9,897 nucleotides of DNA from Caecitellus pseudoparvulus (Eukaryota > Protista > Bigyra: Bicosoecida), in the NCBI GenBank assembly GCA_965644315.1, contig CBFFRQ010000201.1, positions 1 through 9,897 of the forward strand, written 5' to 3'. The position numbers were made by a program, and so were the translations under genes. The notes below the pieces were generated by a model. It did no database searches. It saw only the letters and a program-made list of their open reading frames with translations, and had not been told where the DNA came from. Shown here piece by piece: positions 8,098-9,897 of the stretch; positions within the stretch are counted from its first letter, which is position 1, and every line of letters begins with the position of its first letter.

Positions 8098-8270
8098 GTT
8101 CTTTTCAGAACATGGTCATTTAATGTTCTTCGTCGTCATTCAGGCGTTCGACGCCTGTTGGGTGAGTTGGGCGCCGGTTTCGGCCTTGGCGTGTTGGGGG
8201 CGCCGCGGCGACCCCGCGCACACCTCGCCACCCCGCAGCCCAAAACGGCCCCGCCGCGCGTTACGACACT
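8068..8270 (-). promoter_or_regulatory. Structured, CpG-rich 5' leader / candidate internal promoter of element B
   Basis: Near-palindrome ACATGGTGAGTCACCGTGT (8068..8086), hairpins CATGTTCT-tttc-AGAACATG (8095..8114) and CAGGCGT-tcg-ACGCCTG (8141..8157), and a GC/CpG-rich block at about 8165..8262, all at or just upstream of the ORF start. Function is inferred from position only. Confidence 0.35.
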
Positions 8271-8345
8271 GGGAATTTCAGAATAACATCTTAGAATGCA
8301 CTATCAACCCAAAGCAAGCTTTTATCACTCACTTTCTTGCTCCTC

Positions 8346-8383
8346 TGCTGAGCCACCTCGCCCGGGAGTGAGGTGGCTCGGCA
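8346..8383. other. Long stem-loop / inverted repeat
   Basis: GAGCCACCTC (8350..8359) pairs perfectly with GAGGTGGCTC (8370..8379). The stem extends to 16 bp with two G-U pairs on the + strand and a 6-nt loop. Confidence 0.7.
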
Positions 8384-8658
8384 TGGTCCAGGCGGCAGGC
8401 GTGGCGGCCGTGTAGTGGGCTCGCCGCGCTAGGTCCGCGGCGGGCTGTCCGCGTTCCACGCCTGCGCCTTGAAGTTGAGCTTCTACCACGTGATCAAACA
8501 CGGCCCCACAGTACCGAATGCACGTTTTCAGGACTTTCGTCCATCCGGGAGGTGCGGCGACCACCTCGTGGGGCCAGTAGAAACTTTTGCCGTCAGCGGC
8601 ACCCCCTGAATTCGGGAGCAAAGTTTGCTGCAAGGGCCCAGCAAATGCCTGCAGTGCA

Positions 8659-8961
8659 TCAGAGATTATTGCCGGGTTCAGTGGTGGTGTATGGGCGCGT
8701 TCCAGGCGCTGACCTCAATTTCATTTCGTCTTGGATCGTATACAGTTGGCTGGCTGAGACTCCACCATCTAGAGAGCAGCCGTTGATACTGTCAATATAA
8801 GCTTTGGTTCCAGCAAGAACTGTATGTGAGGGGTCTGCTGCTTTGCTTGCTCCTTGCCGGGCAGCTTGCCAGGCATGCCGTGCATCGGGTGGCGAGCGAG
8901 GAGCGAGCGCTGTCGCACCAGATCGAGGCCATGCCGCAATAAGCTCCCACCAGACCTCCTT
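8659..8961 (-). pseudogene. Probable C-terminal fragment of another related non-LTR ORF (element C), 5'-truncated and capped by telomeric repeats
   Basis: A 100-codon open frame begins exactly at the repeat junction. It starts KEVWWELIAAW, resembling ARVWSITVAAM near the C-terminus of the main ORF (VW at 1572..1567). The similarity is short. Confidence 0.45.
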
Positions 8962-9721
8962 TAGGTTAGGGTTAGGGTTAGGGTTAGGGTTAGGGTTAGG
9001 GTTAGGGTTAGGGTTAGGGTTAGGGTTAGGGTTAGGGTTAGGGTTAGGGTTAGGGTTAGGGTTAGGGTTAGGGTTAGGGTTAGGGTTAGGGTTAGGGTTA
9101 GGGTTAGGGTTAGGGTTAGGGTTAGGGTTAGGGTTAGGGTTAGGGTTAGGGTTAGGGTTAGGGTTAGGGTTAGGGTTAGGGTTAGGGTTAGGGTTAGGGT
9201 TAGGGTTAGGGTTAGGGTTAGGGTTAGGGTTAGGGTTAGGGTTAGGGTTAGGGTTAGGGTTAGGGTTAGGGTTAGGGTTAGGGTTAGGGTTAGGGTTAGG
9301 GTTAGGGTTAGGGTTAGGGTTAGGGTTAGGGTTAGGGTTAGGGTTAGGGTTAGGGTTAGGGTTAGGGTTAGGGTTAGGGTTAGGGTTAGGGTTAGGGTTA
9401 GGGTTAGGGTTAGGGTTAGGGTTAGGGTTAGGGTTAGGGTTAGGGTTAGGGTTAGGGTTAGGGTTAGGGTTAGGGTTAGGGTTAGGGTTAGGGTTAGGGT
9501 TAGGGTTAGGGTTAGGGTTAGGGTTAGGGTTAGGGTTAGGGTTAGGGTTAGGGTTAGGGTTAGGGTTAGGGTTAGGGTTAGGGTTAGGGTTAGGGTTAGG
9601 GTTAGGGTTAGGGTTAGGGTTAGGGTTAGGGTTAGGGTTAGGGTTAGGGTTAGGGTTAGGGTTAGGGTTAGGGTTAGGGTTAGGGTTAGGGTTAGGGTTA
9701 GGGTTAGGGTTAGGGTTAGGG
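8961..9721 (+). repeat. Telomeric repeat tract: one TTAGG variant unit followed by 126 perfect TTAGGG units
   Basis: TTAGG at 8961..8965, then TTAGGG x126 at 8966..9721 (756 bp) with no visible variant units. The G-rich strand is the + strand, so the chromosome end lies to the right. Confidence 0.99.
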
Positions 9722-9897
9722 CAATGCATGTCCGAGACTCATCATGTACTTCGATTCATAAAGTAATGCTCATTTGGCTTAAACTTCACAACACTGAACT
9801 AACTATTTTTCTTTTCTATACAACACAACACAACACATGAACTAAGCCTGACACAACCTGCAGCACTTTGACTTGTTTAGCTTTGTTTTCCTAGCAT
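9722..9897. other. AT-rich non-telomeric sequence distal to the repeat tract (possible 3' end of another minus-strand element, D)
   Basis: Abrupt change from TTAGGG to CAATGCATGTCC... Lower GC than the rest of the window. Shares short collinear motifs with 456..579. Confidence 0.4.
9821..9837 (+). repeat. (CAACA)3 microsatellite
   Basis: caacacaacacaacaca. Confidence 0.7.

Larger units (their letters stand above)
1185..8295 (-). mobile_element. Apparently full-length APE-type non-LTR retrotransposon (element B); boundaries approximate
   Basis: Contains the polyprotein ORF. No poly(A) tail or target-site duplication is visible. The 3' end is either near 1185 (ATGCAT motif) or near 452 (junction with the truncated relative). 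The 5' end lies somewhere in 8100..8658. Confidence 0.8.

Noticed and set aside
1451-8371. Many 60-180 aa ORFs overlapping the long ORF on either strand
   Set aside because: Shadow ORFs of a GC-rich coding region with no independent evidence.
8555-8600. HDV-like ribozyme (CC-ACCTCGT-GG resembles the P3/L3 of R2 ribozymes)
   Set aside because: It lies antisense to the element, P3 has only 2 bp, and I could not find matching P1, P1.1 or P2 pairings.
8961-9721. CRISPR array or bacterial retron/group II intron context for the RT plus repeat
   Set aside because: The repeat has no spacers and is the eukaryotic telomere hexamer. The RT is fused to an APE endonuclease, which is diagnostic of non-LTR retrotransposons.
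9722-9750. Hammerhead-like core on the minus strand (ATGATGAG-TC-TCG-GAC)
   Set aside because: It lacks the CUGA start and the GAAA after stem II. The CTGATGA near 291..297 is coding sequence with no GAAA partner.
8804-9766. 320-aa (LG)n ORF on + and the (PN)n part of the 356-aa ORF on -
   Set aside because: Artefacts of translating the telomeric repeat in its stop-free frames.

Overview
Eukaryotic subtelomeric or telomeric DNA, not prokaryotic. The window is dominated by an apparently intact non-LTR (LINE-type) retrotransposon on the minus strand with one 2217-aa ORF (1444..8097). Its order is: RRM-like N-terminus, disordered linker, Josephin-like cysteine-protease motif, APE endonuclease, reverse transcriptase (YADD), CCHC zinc knuckle. 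It lies in what looks like a head-to-tail array of related but diverged elements, all on the minus strand with 5' ends toward a perfect (TTAGGG)126 tract (8966..9721). A clearly homologous 5'-truncated relative (about 40% aa identity, absent from the ORF track) occupies 1..451. A probable C-terminal fragment of another relative (8659..8961) is capped directly by the telomeric repeat. The repeat is followed by 176 bp of non-telomeric DNA that may be the 3' end of a further element. Candidate 3' junctions have no poly(A) and share an ATGCAT-like motif. The organism cannot be determined, and element boundaries are inferred.
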